Virus record (IMG/VR): IMGVR_UViG_2563366803_000005
Coordinates: 1 to 49,836 of that record
DNA length: 49,836 nucleotides
DNA from: a virus
Taxonomy: Duplodnaviria; Heunggongvirae; Uroviricota; Caudoviricetes
Reading direction: 5' to 3' (one strand)
How positions within the stretch are numbered: the stretch's first letter is position 1; every line of letters starts with the position of its first letter. The notes under the pieces were generated by a model that worked only from the letters and a program-made list of their open reading frames with translations, was not told the DNA's origin and searched no databases. Both the position numbers and the translations under genes were made by a program. Below are positions 1 to 8,550 of the stretch, one piece after another.

Positions 1-1119
1 TCAAATAACCAGCTTAACCCATTCCTGACCTCGAGTATCGTTATAGCGATCGGTGGTTGCCTGGACTTTATGTCCTAGTAATGTTTTTGTATCGATACCC
101 TGTGCACGGTACAGCCGTTCTGATAGAGAGCGTTGTTCATGAAATGTTGGCGGAGTTTTTCCTGCTGGTGGAATTATCCCAGCCAGATCCCGTGCTTTGG
201 CAAAGTAGTCGCTCAGGTTGTCTTTACTCATCGGCTTCGGTTGTTTCTGGTGCCGACTATGGATTAGATATGGACTTAATATTCTGTCTCGGCACCCATC
301 AATAACTTCTTTTAACGTTATCCCAATGGCATCACAGCGTAGTGTAAGCGGTAACGCCAGACGCATTCCGGTTTTTCCCTGGGTGATATGCAAGTGTTCG
401 TTCCACACATCTGAAAAACGCATGTGGCAAATGTCATCACGGCGCTGACCAGTAACAATCGCAAGAAGCATTGCGTTACGGATAAAGTGTTTTTCAGGCG
501 TTGCATTGTAAATTTTTTGCCAGTCTTCCATGGTGAGCCTGGCTCTGGTTACTTTAGGGATCGGTTTACGGGTAGCCTCCGGAGGATTCCATCCAGGAGG
601 AACTTCCCCTGCATGCTGTGCTTCTTTATAAATATCAACCCATAATCCACGATTTACTCTCGCTGTGCTGACCATGTCTTTATCCAGCCACTCATCCAGT
701 ATTAATGCAAAGTCTCTTACTTCCAGTTCTTTCAATGGGTGGTTTCCCAGACGGGAAACCAGGTATGCAGCCATTCGAGTTTTTTCTTTGTGAGTTGTAG
801 CTGCAATATCTCCATTTTTCAGTCGCGTGTCCTGTATTTTCAGATATCGATCAACCCATGCCTTTAATCTGATACCCCGACGTTTTGTTGCTGACGGACT
901 TTCATCAATTTTGCGCATGAAATATTCAGCTTCTGCTGCAGCTATTCGCTGATTGGCTGTGGAAGCGATTTTTTCTGCCTTACCTTTGTCTGTTCCGAGT
1001 CCGTGAAATTTTCCAGTCACAGGATTTTTATACTGGTAGTAAACTCTGCCAGTTCTGCGATCAAACTTTTCGTAAAGACCGGCTACGTCAGTGCTGTTTT
1101 TTCGTGGCCTCGGTGACAT
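1..1119 (-). CDS. int: Phage integrase, tyrosine recombinase (lambda Int-like)
   Basis: 372-aa ORF, complete (stop at 1-3). N-terminal arm-binding-like region and C-terminal catalytic region with conserved R/H/Y context (…GHKVQATTDRYND…). First gene of the prophage, overlapped by the xis-like ORF. Confidence 0.85.
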   Translation of the reverse strand: MSPRPRKNSTDVAGLYEKFDRRTGRVYYQYKNPVTGKFHGLGTDKGKAEKIASTANQRIAAAEAEYFMRKIDESPSATKRRGIRLKAWVDRYLKIQDTRLKNGDIAATTHKEKTRMAAYLVSRLGNHPLKELEVRDFALILDEWLDKDMVSTARVNRGLWVDIYKEAQHAGEVPPGWNPPEATRKPIPKVTRARLTMEDWQKIYNATPEKHFIRNAMLLAIVTGQRRDDICHMRFSDVWNEHLHITQGKTGMRLALPLTLRCDAIGITLKEVIDGCRDRILSPYLIHSRHQKQPKPMSKDNLSDYFAKARDLAGIIPPAGKTPPTFHEQRSLSERLYRAQGIDTKTLLGHKVQATTDRYNDTRGQEWVKLVI

Positions 1120-1357
1120 GAGTTAAAATCTCCTTCAGTGCATCATCATCGCCAGTATGAATTTCCGGCGCAATTCCCGTTTCACCAGGCCCAACAAATA
1201 CTGCTCGGCGATCTATCAGCCAACGCCCACGAATTTTTTGTGGTCTTGGAACGATGTATCCTAGTTTTCCGTATTTCACCAGGGTAGTGTTTGTTATTGG
1301 GAGACTGAACCGTTTTGGTTTCCACTCGTCGAGCGTTATCAGGTACTGTTCGCTCAT
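1088..1357 (-). CDS. xis: Excisionase-like small DNA-binding protein
   Basis: About 89 aa starting MSEQYLITLDEW… from ATG at 1357 (GGAG about 9 nt upstream; the track start at 1366 is GTG). Overlaps the int start by about 30 nt, the usual xis-int arrangement. Confidence 0.6.
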   Translation of the reverse strand: MSEQYLITLDEWKPKRFSLPITNTTLVKYGKLGYIVPRPQKIRGRWLIDRRAVFVGPGETGIAPEIHTGDDDALKEILTHVTEATKKQH

Positions 1358-1418
1358 GGCTATCACTCCGGAACGCGCCAGTTGCAGAATATCAACGACA
1401 ACTGGCGACGGTTGAACA

Positions 1419-3857
1419 TTAAAAATCAGCCTGACTCGGGATCAGTTTTTGCCAGATAACTGAAACGTATTTTGCCTGGTAACGGGCGTCATCAAGTGCA
1501 TTATGGCGCTCACCTTCGAATGGAATAGCCGTTCTGGCATCGAAGTCTATGGCTTTCCCCAGCTCAACGATTGTGCGTACATCTCGATCGTTGTAGTAAC
1601 GCCACGGGCAGGGGATCCCCTGCCGTTCGTATGAACGGCGCAAAATCGTGTTGTCGAAGTTGGCTCCATTTCCCCAGACCTGAACAAAAAATTCACCGGA
1701 GTTTTCGTCGATAAATTCCCGCAATTGTAACAGTGCATCATCTAACGGGATTTCATCGGTCATAATGGCAGATTGCGCTTCGCGTGATTGCTTAAGCCAC
1801 CATTTAATGGTGTCCCGATCAATGACCCCGCCAGCAGTTTCCAGATCGATAGTCTTACTAAATTCCGGTCCCATATCTCCGGTTTGCGGATCGAAAAATA
1901 TTGCACCTATTGAGATGATCGGGGCATCAGGATTTTTTCCCATGGTTTCAAGGTCGATCATTAGATGGTCACACGTCCTGCTGGTGGATGTGATAACGTG
2001 ATGACCGTTCACCGTAATTAAGGGATCTGCCGTCTCGCCAGTTTCACTATCGCTGGCGTGATCCTGAGCGCTGCCAGCATTCTCCTTGTGTGGATGTTCA
2101 GCGCCTTCCATTTCCTTCGGATCATTTTCCTGAACTTCAACCTGATTCTCTTCATCGAATGTTTCCTGGTATGTTGCGTCGCCCATCACCGCGCCACAAT
2201 CAGGGCAGTTGCCGCCGCCGGTCTGACCGCAGGCTGTGCAGATCTTTTCCGGTTCCTGTTGCACTACTGGTTCAGGTTGTTTCGTTTCTGGCTCGTTTTG
2301 TAACGCATTTGGGCTGTTTTGTTCCGCTTTCTGGTCGTTCTGTTCCGATTCTTGCTGGTTCTGGTTTACAGAATCGCGGGTTTCAATCCCCTTTACCCAT
2401 TTCGGATCATTCGGGTCGCTAATCCCTGCAACAAATTCTCCGCGAGAGGCAGCAAGCAACTTATCGGCGTCAGGCTGGCTGATATTGGCTGCCTGCATAA
2501 TTTTGTTTACTTCGTCAGCGGTAACTTTTACCTGTGACTTGTCATCCAGCGGCTGCGGGTCCTGATGATGTTCAACTGTATCCGCTGCCATTGTTTCAGC
2601 CGTTGCCTGTTCATCTGCCATTGCGCCAGATGGTTGCGGGTTATCTTCATCATTTTTTTCTTCTTCTGTTTTGCACTCAGCAGCCAGTCCGCCGTTAATT
2701 TCTTCCAGGATATCTTTTTCCGGTGTATGCCGGGCAGCCATGAGCGTTTCAGCTGTGGGATTCTCGTGATCAGTTTCTGTCAGGTTGGCATTGATATACC
2801 CCTGAAGGCGCCCCGGGTAGTGATAAAACTCAGGGTGGGCGCTTCGGATAAGTGCAAAAATAGCTGCGCGGGAATAGTCCAGGATACCAGGGGTTGCGCG
2901 AAGTGCTGCGGACCATTCCCTGAACGGACTTTCTTTTTTCAGGACGATTTCTTTTGCGCGACGATAAACGCTGCCCGGAATTTCATAAATATTAAAATCC
3001 ATCGGAAGTGTGGCTGCTGCAATCTCCACATCCAGCGCATCGAAGGTGTGTACTAAATTCGGATTGCGATCGGTTTTGTTCCCGCCACCGGCATTTGCAC
3101 CGGAAGCCGTACGGGTGATACGCGAAACACGATTTCCTTTCATCCACTCTTTTGTCAGCAGACCCCGATCAGTGTAATCAGCGTCCAGGTATGCCTCGAA
3201 AAAAGCAGTTATCAGTCCCAGGTCTGAATTACCGGGATTAGGGAAAACTTTGTCAGTGTCGCGTACCAGTTTGTGAAGGTCGCGAATCTCCAGCGGGTCG
3301 AGCAGCTTTGTTTTGTGAGAAATGGCCAGGGCAGTAACAGCCGGCAGTTCTTCCGCCCGTGCTATATGTAATGCCTGAAGTTCTTCCCGTGCAACGTGCG
3401 TTACTGGTTTTTCGCTGCTGTGTTGCGCAAGCCAGCGAATGGGCAGCTCCTGACCAGAAACCGGCAGGAGCATATTCTCCTCAATCTCCGTCATGTCTTC
3501 GCCGTTGACGTTGGTATTGTCAGTACTGGCTGGTTTCTCCTGCACGGAGGGAGAGGGCGCGATAAATACCATTGTAATGCCATCTTCCCCGCCTTTTTCG
3601 TATCGGTTGCAGAATTCGGTATCAAACACGCCTTCAGGTGGAAGGTCATTCACAACGGGTAAATGGACGCGAACGGGTTTTTTAAAGTCGTCTTCATCAT
3701 AATCGTTGTCATCCATTGCGGTAATGCAGCGGGAGATGGCAACAGATAATTTTTTTGCTGTAGTCCAGTAAAAACCACCTTTAATTCCCAGACGTTTTCT
3801 GACTTTGTCATTTTTTGCTTCGCAATATAGCGCAAATTCTTCTTTATCAGTGCTCAT
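1419..3857 (-). CDS. Large phage exonuclease with C-terminal DnaQ-like (DEDDh) 3'-5' exonuclease domain
   Basis: 812 aa. C-terminal about 180 aa has DEDDh motifs (…MIDLETMG…, …[13 protein letters not shown]…, …[10 protein letters not shown]…). Middle is an acidic Q/E-rich low-complexity segment with a CxxC-x7-CxxC zinc ribbon ([16 protein letters not shown]). N-terminal domain unassigned. Confidence 0.75.
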   Translation of the reverse strand: MSTDKEEFALYCEAKNDKVRKRLGIKGGFYWTTAKKLSVAISRCITAMDDNDYDEDDFKKPVRVHLPVVNDLPPEGVFDTEFCNRYEKGGEDGITMVFIAPSPSVQEKPASTDNTNVNGEDMTEIEENMLLPVSGQELPIRWLAQHSSEKPVTHVAREELQALHIARAEELPAVTALAISHKTKLLDPLEIRDLHKLVRDTDKVFPNPGNSDLGLITAFFEAYLDADYTDRGLLTKEWMKGNRVSRITRTASGANAGGGNKTDRNPNLVHTFDALDVEIAAATLPMDFNIYEIPGSVYRRAKEIVLKKESPFREWSAALRATPGILDYSRAAIFALIRSAHPEFYHYPGRLQGYINANLTETDHENPTAETLMAARHTPEKDILEEINGGLAAECKTEEEKNDEDNPQPSGAMADEQATAETMAADTVEHHQDPQPLDDKSQVKVTADEVNKIMQAANISQPDADKLLAASRGEFVAGISDPNDPKWVKGIETRDSVNQNQQESEQNDQKAEQNSPNALQNEPETKQPEPVVQQEPEKICTACGQTGGGNCPDCGAVMGDATYQETFDEENQVEVQENDPKEMEGAEHPHKENAGSAQDHASDSETGETADPLITVNGHHVITSTSRTCDHLMIDLETMGKNPDAPIISIGAIFFDPQTGDMGPEFSKTIDLETAGGVIDRDTIKWWLKQSREAQSAIMTDEIPLDDALLQLREFIDENSGEFFVQVWGNGANFDNTILRRSYERQGIPCPWRYYNDRDVRTIVELGKAIDFDARTAIPFEGERHNALDDARYQAKYVSVIWQKLIPSQADF

Positions 3858-3949
3858 TGATAAACCTCATTACAGATTTAAGGGTGAACAAATCCCTGCC
3901 ATTGCTGGCATTTTTAATCCGTTGGTATGGTGTTAATATGGCTGGAGGG

Positions 3950-4138
3950 TTATCCAGCCGGTGTTTCGTTATTCAGGTACAGCGATACTTTTTTTACCGG
4001 GAGGCATTCACCAGAAATTTTTTGCTCGTCTCTTGCCTGGAGGCAGGATTCTTTACTGGCATAAATTCCGGTAATCACATTCTGTGATTCACCCGTTATA
4101 AGAAAAACCGTCATCATCAGTGCAAATGCTGAAGTCAT
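3950..4138 (-). CDS. Hypothetical small protein with hydrophobic N-terminus (moron)
   Basis: 62 aa; start overlaps stop of the upstream ORF (ATGA at 4135-4138). N-terminal hydrophobic stretch (TSAFALMMTVFLITG), two Cys. AT-rich region. Confidence 0.35.
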   Translation of the reverse strand: MTSAFALMMTVFLITGESQNVITGIYASKESCLQARDEQKISGECLPVKKVSLYLNNETPAG

Positions 4139-4323
4139 TGACGCTCTCCGAAAATACCAAGTTCAAGAAGAGCAATTCGGGAAAGTATGGAATTATCATT
4201 GAGCAGATAAGGCTCATATTTCCTCATATTAATGGCATCTTCAGTAAACTCCCGGTTACTGAGCAGAACACCAATATCAAAACAACCTTCAGACGTATTA
4301 ACGTTTGGTAATAACGTTTCCAT
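4135..4323 (-). CDS. Hypothetical small protein (moron)
   Basis: 62 aa; GAGG RBS about 9 nt upstream of ATG at 4323; translationally coupled to the next ORF; AT-rich. Confidence 0.4.
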   Translation of the reverse strand: METLLPNVNTSEGCFDIGVLLSNREFTEDAINMRKYEPYLLNDNSILSRIALLELGIFGERQ

Positions 4324-4898
4324 TATCGCGTCCTCAACAATGAATTTTGTGATGCAGTGCCTGGTGCCTCCAGGTGACGTTAACCAGTTAACAATTAACG
4401 CCGGGTTAGTTGATGCTCGTTACGCCAGTAAAAGACCGCCTTACTGCTTTAACTGTTCCGCGTGCGCTCAGCCGCATTCACCGCATCACAAAATTCACTT
4501 TAAAAAGGGCGGCAGAGCAGTCACGGAGTAAAACTGATACCGCCAAACGTCACCAGAAAATTGATAACAGAGGGCGTTGCAGCGGGGTTGTCACTTAAGC
4601 GTATGGTCAACCTGACAACCCGGTGTCCTCAACGGGGGAAGGAATAACCCCGCCATATTTACCGCCGCGCCATTTCGCGGATTGCCACAACCGGAAGCGC
4701 ACGGTCGACGAAAATTTAACGACAGGCTATCTATGAACCAGCTACCTCGCCGTACGCTTTCGCGTTATGGTCTGACTTTTCAGGGAAATATCCTTTCAGT
4801 AAACTGTCAGTGCCGGATTCTTATCCGTGTCCGGCGCACGACCACACGCTGTCACGAGAGGTCTCCATTCTCAACCAGTAACCTCAATGGAGGATAAA

Positions 4899-5093
4899 AT
4901 GTCAGAGCAGGAGTTAAAACTTGGTGCATGTTATTGTGTTCTCAAGGAGCTGGTACACATGCTTCCATCTACTCAGTATCAACAGTTAGTTGGCAATTTA
5001 AATCAGCGAATCGAAGCTATGTTAAAATCTGATGGTTTTAATAACGTAGAAACGCTGATGCTAAAAAGATATCTTGATGGATTAATCAGATAA
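4899..5093 (+). CDS. Hypothetical small protein
   Basis: 64 aa (MSEQELKLGACYCV…). GGAGG RBS 5 nt upstream of ATG 4899. Plus strand, inside an otherwise minus-strand early-left region. Confidence 0.35.
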   Translation: MSEQELKLGACYCVLKELVHMLPSTQYQQLVGNLNQRIEAMLKSDGFNNVETLMLKRYLDGLIR

Positions 5094-5309
5094 CATTTTT
5101 TTACGGCGTTCATATTCGTTAATATTTATGAAGCCTGTTGCCAGAAGCAGTTCGTTAATTTCATGGTTGTTTGGCTGTTTCTGGCTCTTTGAACTGGGAT
5201 CTTCCACTTCTTTTTCTGCAAATTGTTTTGCTGTATCCTCTGTGCCATGGATATTTAAAGCTGTATCTGAAAACAGCCCAGTAAACGCATCGCGCACATT
5301 GCGAGCCAT
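5082..5309 (-). CDS. Hypothetical protein, possibly the 3' part of a frameshifted gene
   Basis: 75-aa ORF. A separate 54-codon ORF (MEFKDLPPSIQEIAAHTLRHRLNELELESVTKK…) starts at 5419 in a frame offset by one; the two meet at an A6 run (plus-strand T6 at about 5322-5327). Confidence 0.3.
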   Translation of the reverse strand: MARNVRDAFTGLFSDTALNIHGTEDTAKQFAEKEVEDPSSKSQKQPNNHEINELLLATGFININEYERRKKMLSD

Positions 5310-5430
5310 ATTATCAGTGTCTTTTTTGTTACCGATTCCAATTCAAGTTCGTTCAGACGATGACGAAGTGTGTGTGCTGCAATCTCCTGGATTGAAGGAG
5401 GTAAATCTTTAAATTCCATCGTCAACCTCA

Positions 5431-5670
5431 TCAGTCAGTGTTTCTTGCTAACCAGCGATGCGCACCAGCTGCGGTTTTAAACGTTTTACTTTTGGTATAC
5501 GTCATCGCGGTGAAGGTGCCGTCCTGGTTAGGGAACACACCGCATACCAGAGATTCGTTGTTGCCAAGATTGAGCGTATCCATGTTGACCTCATTTCCCC
5601 TTAACGCCGGGGTAGCGGAACAAAAAACCTGCTGCGCTGTTATACAAAGTGTTCCCGCCGTCATGTTCAT
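5431..5670 (-). CDS. Hypothetical protein, first ORF downstream of the candidate leftward promoter
   Basis: 79-aa ORF at the position lambda N occupies relative to pL. No arginine-rich motif recognised; coding status uncertain. Confidence 0.25.
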   Translation of the reverse strand: MNMTAGTLCITAQQVFCSATPALRGNEVNMDTLNLGNNESLVCGVFPNQDGTFTAMTYTKSKTFKTAAGAHRWLARNTD

Positions 5671-5761
5671 ACGCCTCGGGCTGGCTACTTAACCCCTGAC
5701 CACTGCCGGGTAACTCGAAGTATTTCCCTGCGTTCTGTGGGGCGGGGTGGGTTGGTATTTT

Positions 5762-5789
5762 AGTTTAATAAACATTAAACTTAAGTCAA
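5762..5789 (-). promoter_or_regulatory. Candidate leftward early promoter (pL-like)
   Basis: On the minus strand: TTGACT (plus 5784-5789), 16-nt spacer, TAAACT (plus 5762-5767). Flanked by CATTAAAC / AACTAAAC motifs resembling the CACTAAAC repeats at 6759-6824. Confidence 0.3.
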
Positions 5790-5873
5790 GTAAAAACTAA
5801 ACCGCGGGGCATAACAAACACAACGCTTTTGATAAAGTCGTTGCGGTTGTTATGTTTCTATTGGTAGTGAAAG

Positions 5874-6152
5874 TTAGGGAAACTGGCGTCTTGCGTGGAT
5901 CACGTTTACTACTTCAACGCTTGATGTTGTTACGCGGTATAGAATTATATAGTTAGGGTGGGCTACAATCTCACGCAAGCCAGGTACTCTGTCGCTTGGT
6001 GGGTATAAATACGGATGTTCGGATAACGGCAGCACACAACCCCTTAATCGCTGCCATAAGCGTTCAGCCGCATCTATGTCGAAACGAGCAATATAACTAG
6101 TTATATCATCTAGGTCGGTATCTGCGCTTTCAAGCCATAACACGGGTAACAT
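5874..6152 (-). CDS. parE: Type II toxin, ParE/RelE family
   Basis: 92 aa from ATG at 6152 (MLPVLWLESADTDLDDITSYIARFDIDAAERLWQ…HPNYIILYRVTTSSVEVVNVIHARRQFP), ParE-like length and C-terminal pattern. Start lies 1 nt after the antitoxin stop. Confidence 0.75.
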   Translation of the reverse strand: MLPVLWLESADTDLDDITSYIARFDIDAAERLWQRLRGCVLPLSEHPYLYPPSDRVPGLREIVAHPNYIILYRVTTSSVEVVNVIHARRQFP

Positions 6153-6153
6153 T

Positions 6154-6345
6154 TTACTGCTTGCTCCGTTCCTTACGCATCTTAGCAAAGCGTTCTGCCA
6201 TTCTGCGCTCAACTTCGTCATGGGGAATTGCTGGGCGCGGATCTGCAAGGCTCGTTGCTACTTTCGCACGCAGCCATTCGTTGTAACTGTTTTCTTGTTC
6301 AATGGTTTCAAATTCAGAAACCATTGGTGAAAGGGCTCTATTCAT
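6154..6345 (-). CDS. paaA: Small antitoxin (PaaA2-like) of a three-gene regulator-antitoxin-toxin operon
   Basis: 63 aa (MNRALSPMVSEFETIEQENSYNEWLRAKVATSLADPRPAIPHDEVERRMAERFAKMRKERSKQ). GGAGG RBS upstream of ATG 6345. Sits directly upstream of the ParE-like gene; size matches the described 63-residue PaaA2. Confidence 0.65.
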   Translation of the reverse strand: MNRALSPMVSEFETIEQENSYNEWLRAKVATSLADPRPAIPHDEVERRMAERFAKMRKERSKQ

Positions 6346-6365
6346 GTTTCCTCCGGTTTTATAAC

Positions 6366-6737
6366 TCAGGCGCGGCGGCATTTTTGCGCCGCAATCCATC
6401 TCGCTATGAGATCTTCCATTGATTCTTTTTTCTGCTTTAACTCGCTGATTATCTGGCGTTGCTCATCCTCAGGGAAGGCTGAAAAAATCTGCAATAATTC
6501 CAGTTGATTAGACGTTAACCCTGCATGTGGTGGAGAAACCCCCGGTTGTTCTGCGTATTCCGCATCCAGATACCCTTCCGGCATCCCGTATGTTTGCTCT
6601 ATTCTTCTGGCAGCCTTTTCTCCAAACGAGGCTCTCCCACTCATTAGTTGAGATAGGTAGCTCTTCTCTTTGGGTGGCAGAGTTTTATCTTTAAACCACT
6701 CCTTGAGACGTAAACGGCGAATTTCTTTTTTTTGCAT
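6366..6737 (-). CDS. paaR: HTH transcriptional repressor (CI/DicA-like; PaaR-like regulator) in the immunity position
   Basis: 123 aa from ATG 6737 (MQKKEIRRLRLKEWFKDK…). N-terminal HTH and DicA-like C-terminus (…LELLQIFSAFPEDEQRQI…). Divergent from the Cro-like gene across a 97-bp repeat-containing region. Confidence 0.75.
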   Translation of the reverse strand: MQKKEIRRLRLKEWFKDKTLPPKEKSYLSQLMSGRASFGEKAARRIEQTYGMPEGYLDAEYAEQPGVSPPHAGLTSNQLELLQIFSAFPEDEQRQIISELKQKKESMEDLIARWIAAQKCRRA

Positions 6738-6834
6738 GTGGTAATTATCTTTAGTAATCACTAAACAAGCAAATACTTGACTTAATGGTTTATTAAACAC
6801 TAAACTCGCAAAAAAACACTAAACCGAGGAAGGT
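6738..6834. promoter_or_regulatory. Divergent operator/promoter region with three CACTAAAC repeats
   Basis: CACTAAAC at 6759-6766, 6798-6805 and 6817-6824. Candidate rightward promoter TTGACT (6777-6782), 18-nt spacer, TAAACT (6801-6806), its -10 overlapped by repeat 2. RBS GAGGAAGG before ATG 6835. Confidence 0.5.
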
Positions 6835-7137
6835 ATGACATTAAAAGAGTTTATTAAATCATTAAGGGTTGGTGATGCTAAGAAATTCGCGGCCAGACTT
6901 GGTGTATCGCCATCTTACTTATCGCAAATGGCGTCTGGACGAACAGCTATATCTCCAACCCGCGCCCTTATGATCGAATCTGCGACGGAAGGCCAAGTAA
7001 GTAGGGCGGAGCTACGACCCCATGATTGGGAGCTTATTTGGCCTGAGTATGCGAGCGGCATTCGTTTGGGGCAAACACATGTAGTTCATGCTGAAGGTGA
7101 TTGTAGTACATGCTTATCTGATGGAGTTGATTCATGA
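6835..7137 (+). CDS. Cro-like HTH regulator (YdaS-like)
   Basis: 100 aa with HTH (…AARLGVSPSYLSQMASGRTAISP…). First rightward gene, divergent from the repressor. Confidence 0.65.
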   Translation: MTLKEFIKSLRVGDAKKFAARLGVSPSYLSQMASGRTAISPTRALMIESATEGQVSRAELRPHDWELIWPEYASGIRLGQTHVVHAEGDCSTCLSDGVDS

Positions 7138-7559
7138 AAATCAAGCATGAACACATCCGCATGGCGATGAATGTCTGGGCGCATCCGGACGGCGAAAAAG
7201 TACCGGCTGCGAAAATTACCAAAGCGTATTTCGAGCTGGGAATGACGTTCCCGGAACTGTATGACGACAGCCATCCGGAAGCCCTGGCCCGTAATACCCA
7301 GAAAATTTTCCGTTGGCTGGATAAAGACACCCCTGATGCTGTTGAAAAAATGCAGGCTCTGTTACCGGCGATCGAAAAGGCGATGCCGCCTTTGCTGGTG
7401 GCCCGTATGCGCAGCCACAGTTCTGAATATTACCGTGAGATCGTCGAACGGAGGGATCGGCTGGTGAAGGATGTCGATGATTTTGTTGCGTCAGCGGTTG
7501 TTTTGTATGACCAGATGAATCGCGGCGGCCCGGCAGGGAATGCTGTGGTGATGCACTAA
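7134..7559 (+). CDS. CII-like / YdaT-family early regulatory protein
   Basis: 141 aa; ATGA overlap with the Cro-like gene; position and size match YdaT-like proteins in Rac-type prophages. Confidence 0.5.
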   Translation: MKIKHEHIRMAMNVWAHPDGEKVPAAKITKAYFELGMTFPELYDDSHPEALARNTQKIFRWLDKDTPDAVEKMQALLPAIEKAMPPLLVARMRSHSSEYYREIVERRDRLVKDVDDFVASAVVLYDQMNRGGPAGNAVVMH

Positions 7560-7581
7560 AAGCACGGTGTTCGGGGGTTTT

Positions 7582-8544
7582 ATGAGCAGCAAGCTTCATG
7601 GTCTTGTCTGGGAAGGGTGCGCCTTCACCGGCATGATCTTATCCAGGGTGGCGGTTATGGCCCGTCTTGCAGACTACAGCAATGACGAGGGTGTGTCATG
7701 GCCTGCCATTGAAACTATCCGGCGTCAGATCGGTGCAAGAAGTGAATCCACAGTGAAATCGGCTATTGCAGAACTGGCGAAAGAGGGCTGGCTGACGAAG
7801 GAAGAGCGTAAGGTCGGTGGGCGTAATGTAAGCAATATCTATCGGCTTAATGTGGAAAAACTCGAAGCAGCTGCGGCGGCGGCGCGTGAGTCATATAAAC
7901 CGAAAAGAAAAATTAGCCCGGCAAAAAATGACCCGTTAACAGTTGACCCGTCAAATATTGACCCCTCAACGGTTGACCCGTCAAATTTTGATGGATCAAC
8001 TGTTGATAAAAAACTGCCGATTAGGGGGGCGATGATTGACCCCGATCCGTCAGTATTAAAACCTGATCCGTCAGATAAAAGATCTTCTTGTCCGGACGCT
8101 TCGCAACCGGACCCGCAGACGGCTGAACAGGATTTTTTAACCCGACACCCTGACGCGGTTGTGTTCAGTGCGAAAAAACGCCAGTGGGGAAGTCAGGAAG
8201 ATTTGGTGTGCGCACAGTGGATCTGGGGACGAATCGTGAGTCTTTACGAGCAGGCGGCCAGCTATGATGGCGAGATCACTAGACCGAAAGAACCCAACTG
8301 GACAGCATGGGCCAATGACGTTCGCACAATGCGGATGCTGGATGGCAGAACTCACAGACAAATTTGTGAAATGTTTGGGCGTCTCCAGCGGGATTCGTTC
8401 TGGGTAAAAAACATCATGAGTCCGGCAAAACTCCGGGAAAAATGGGATGAACTGGTTATCCGCCTGGGGCGTTCGCCTGCGCAGCGTTGCGTGAATCACA
8501 TTTCTGAACCGGACACTGAAATACCGCCGGGATTCAGGGGGTGA
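7582..8544 (+). CDS. Replication initiation protein (lambda O-like) with internal iterons
   Basis: About 320 aa. N-terminal wHTH-like region; the central peptide repeat DPLTVDPSNIDPSTVDPSNFDGSTVD is encoded by DNA iterons; C-terminal domain. Followed by a DnaC-like loader. Confidence 0.7.
   Translation: MSSKLHGLVWEGCAFTGMILSRVAVMARLADYSNDEGVSWPAIETIRRQIGARSESTVKSAIAELAKEGWLTKEERKVGGRNVSNIYRLNVEKLEAAAAAARESYKPKRKISPAKNDPLTVDPSNIDPSTVDPSNFDGSTVDKKLPIRGAMIDPDPSVLKPDPSDKRSSCPDASQPDPQTAEQDFLTRHPDAVVFSAKKRQWGSQEDLVCAQWIWGRIVSLYEQAASYDGEITRPKEPNWTAWANDVRTMRMLDGRTHRQICEMFGRLQRDSFWVKNIMSPAKLREKWDELVIRLGRSPAQRCVNHISEPDTEIPPGFRG
7929..8080. repeat. Putative replication origin: iterons (TTGACCCNTCAA) within the O-like gene
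   Basis: Direct repeats tgacccgttaac (7929-7940), ttgacccgtcaaat (7943-7956), ttgacccctcaac (7958-7970), ttgacccgtcaaat (7973-7986); further gatccgtcag repeats at about 8036-8075. Confidence 0.55.
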
Positions 8545-8550
8545 CGTGTC

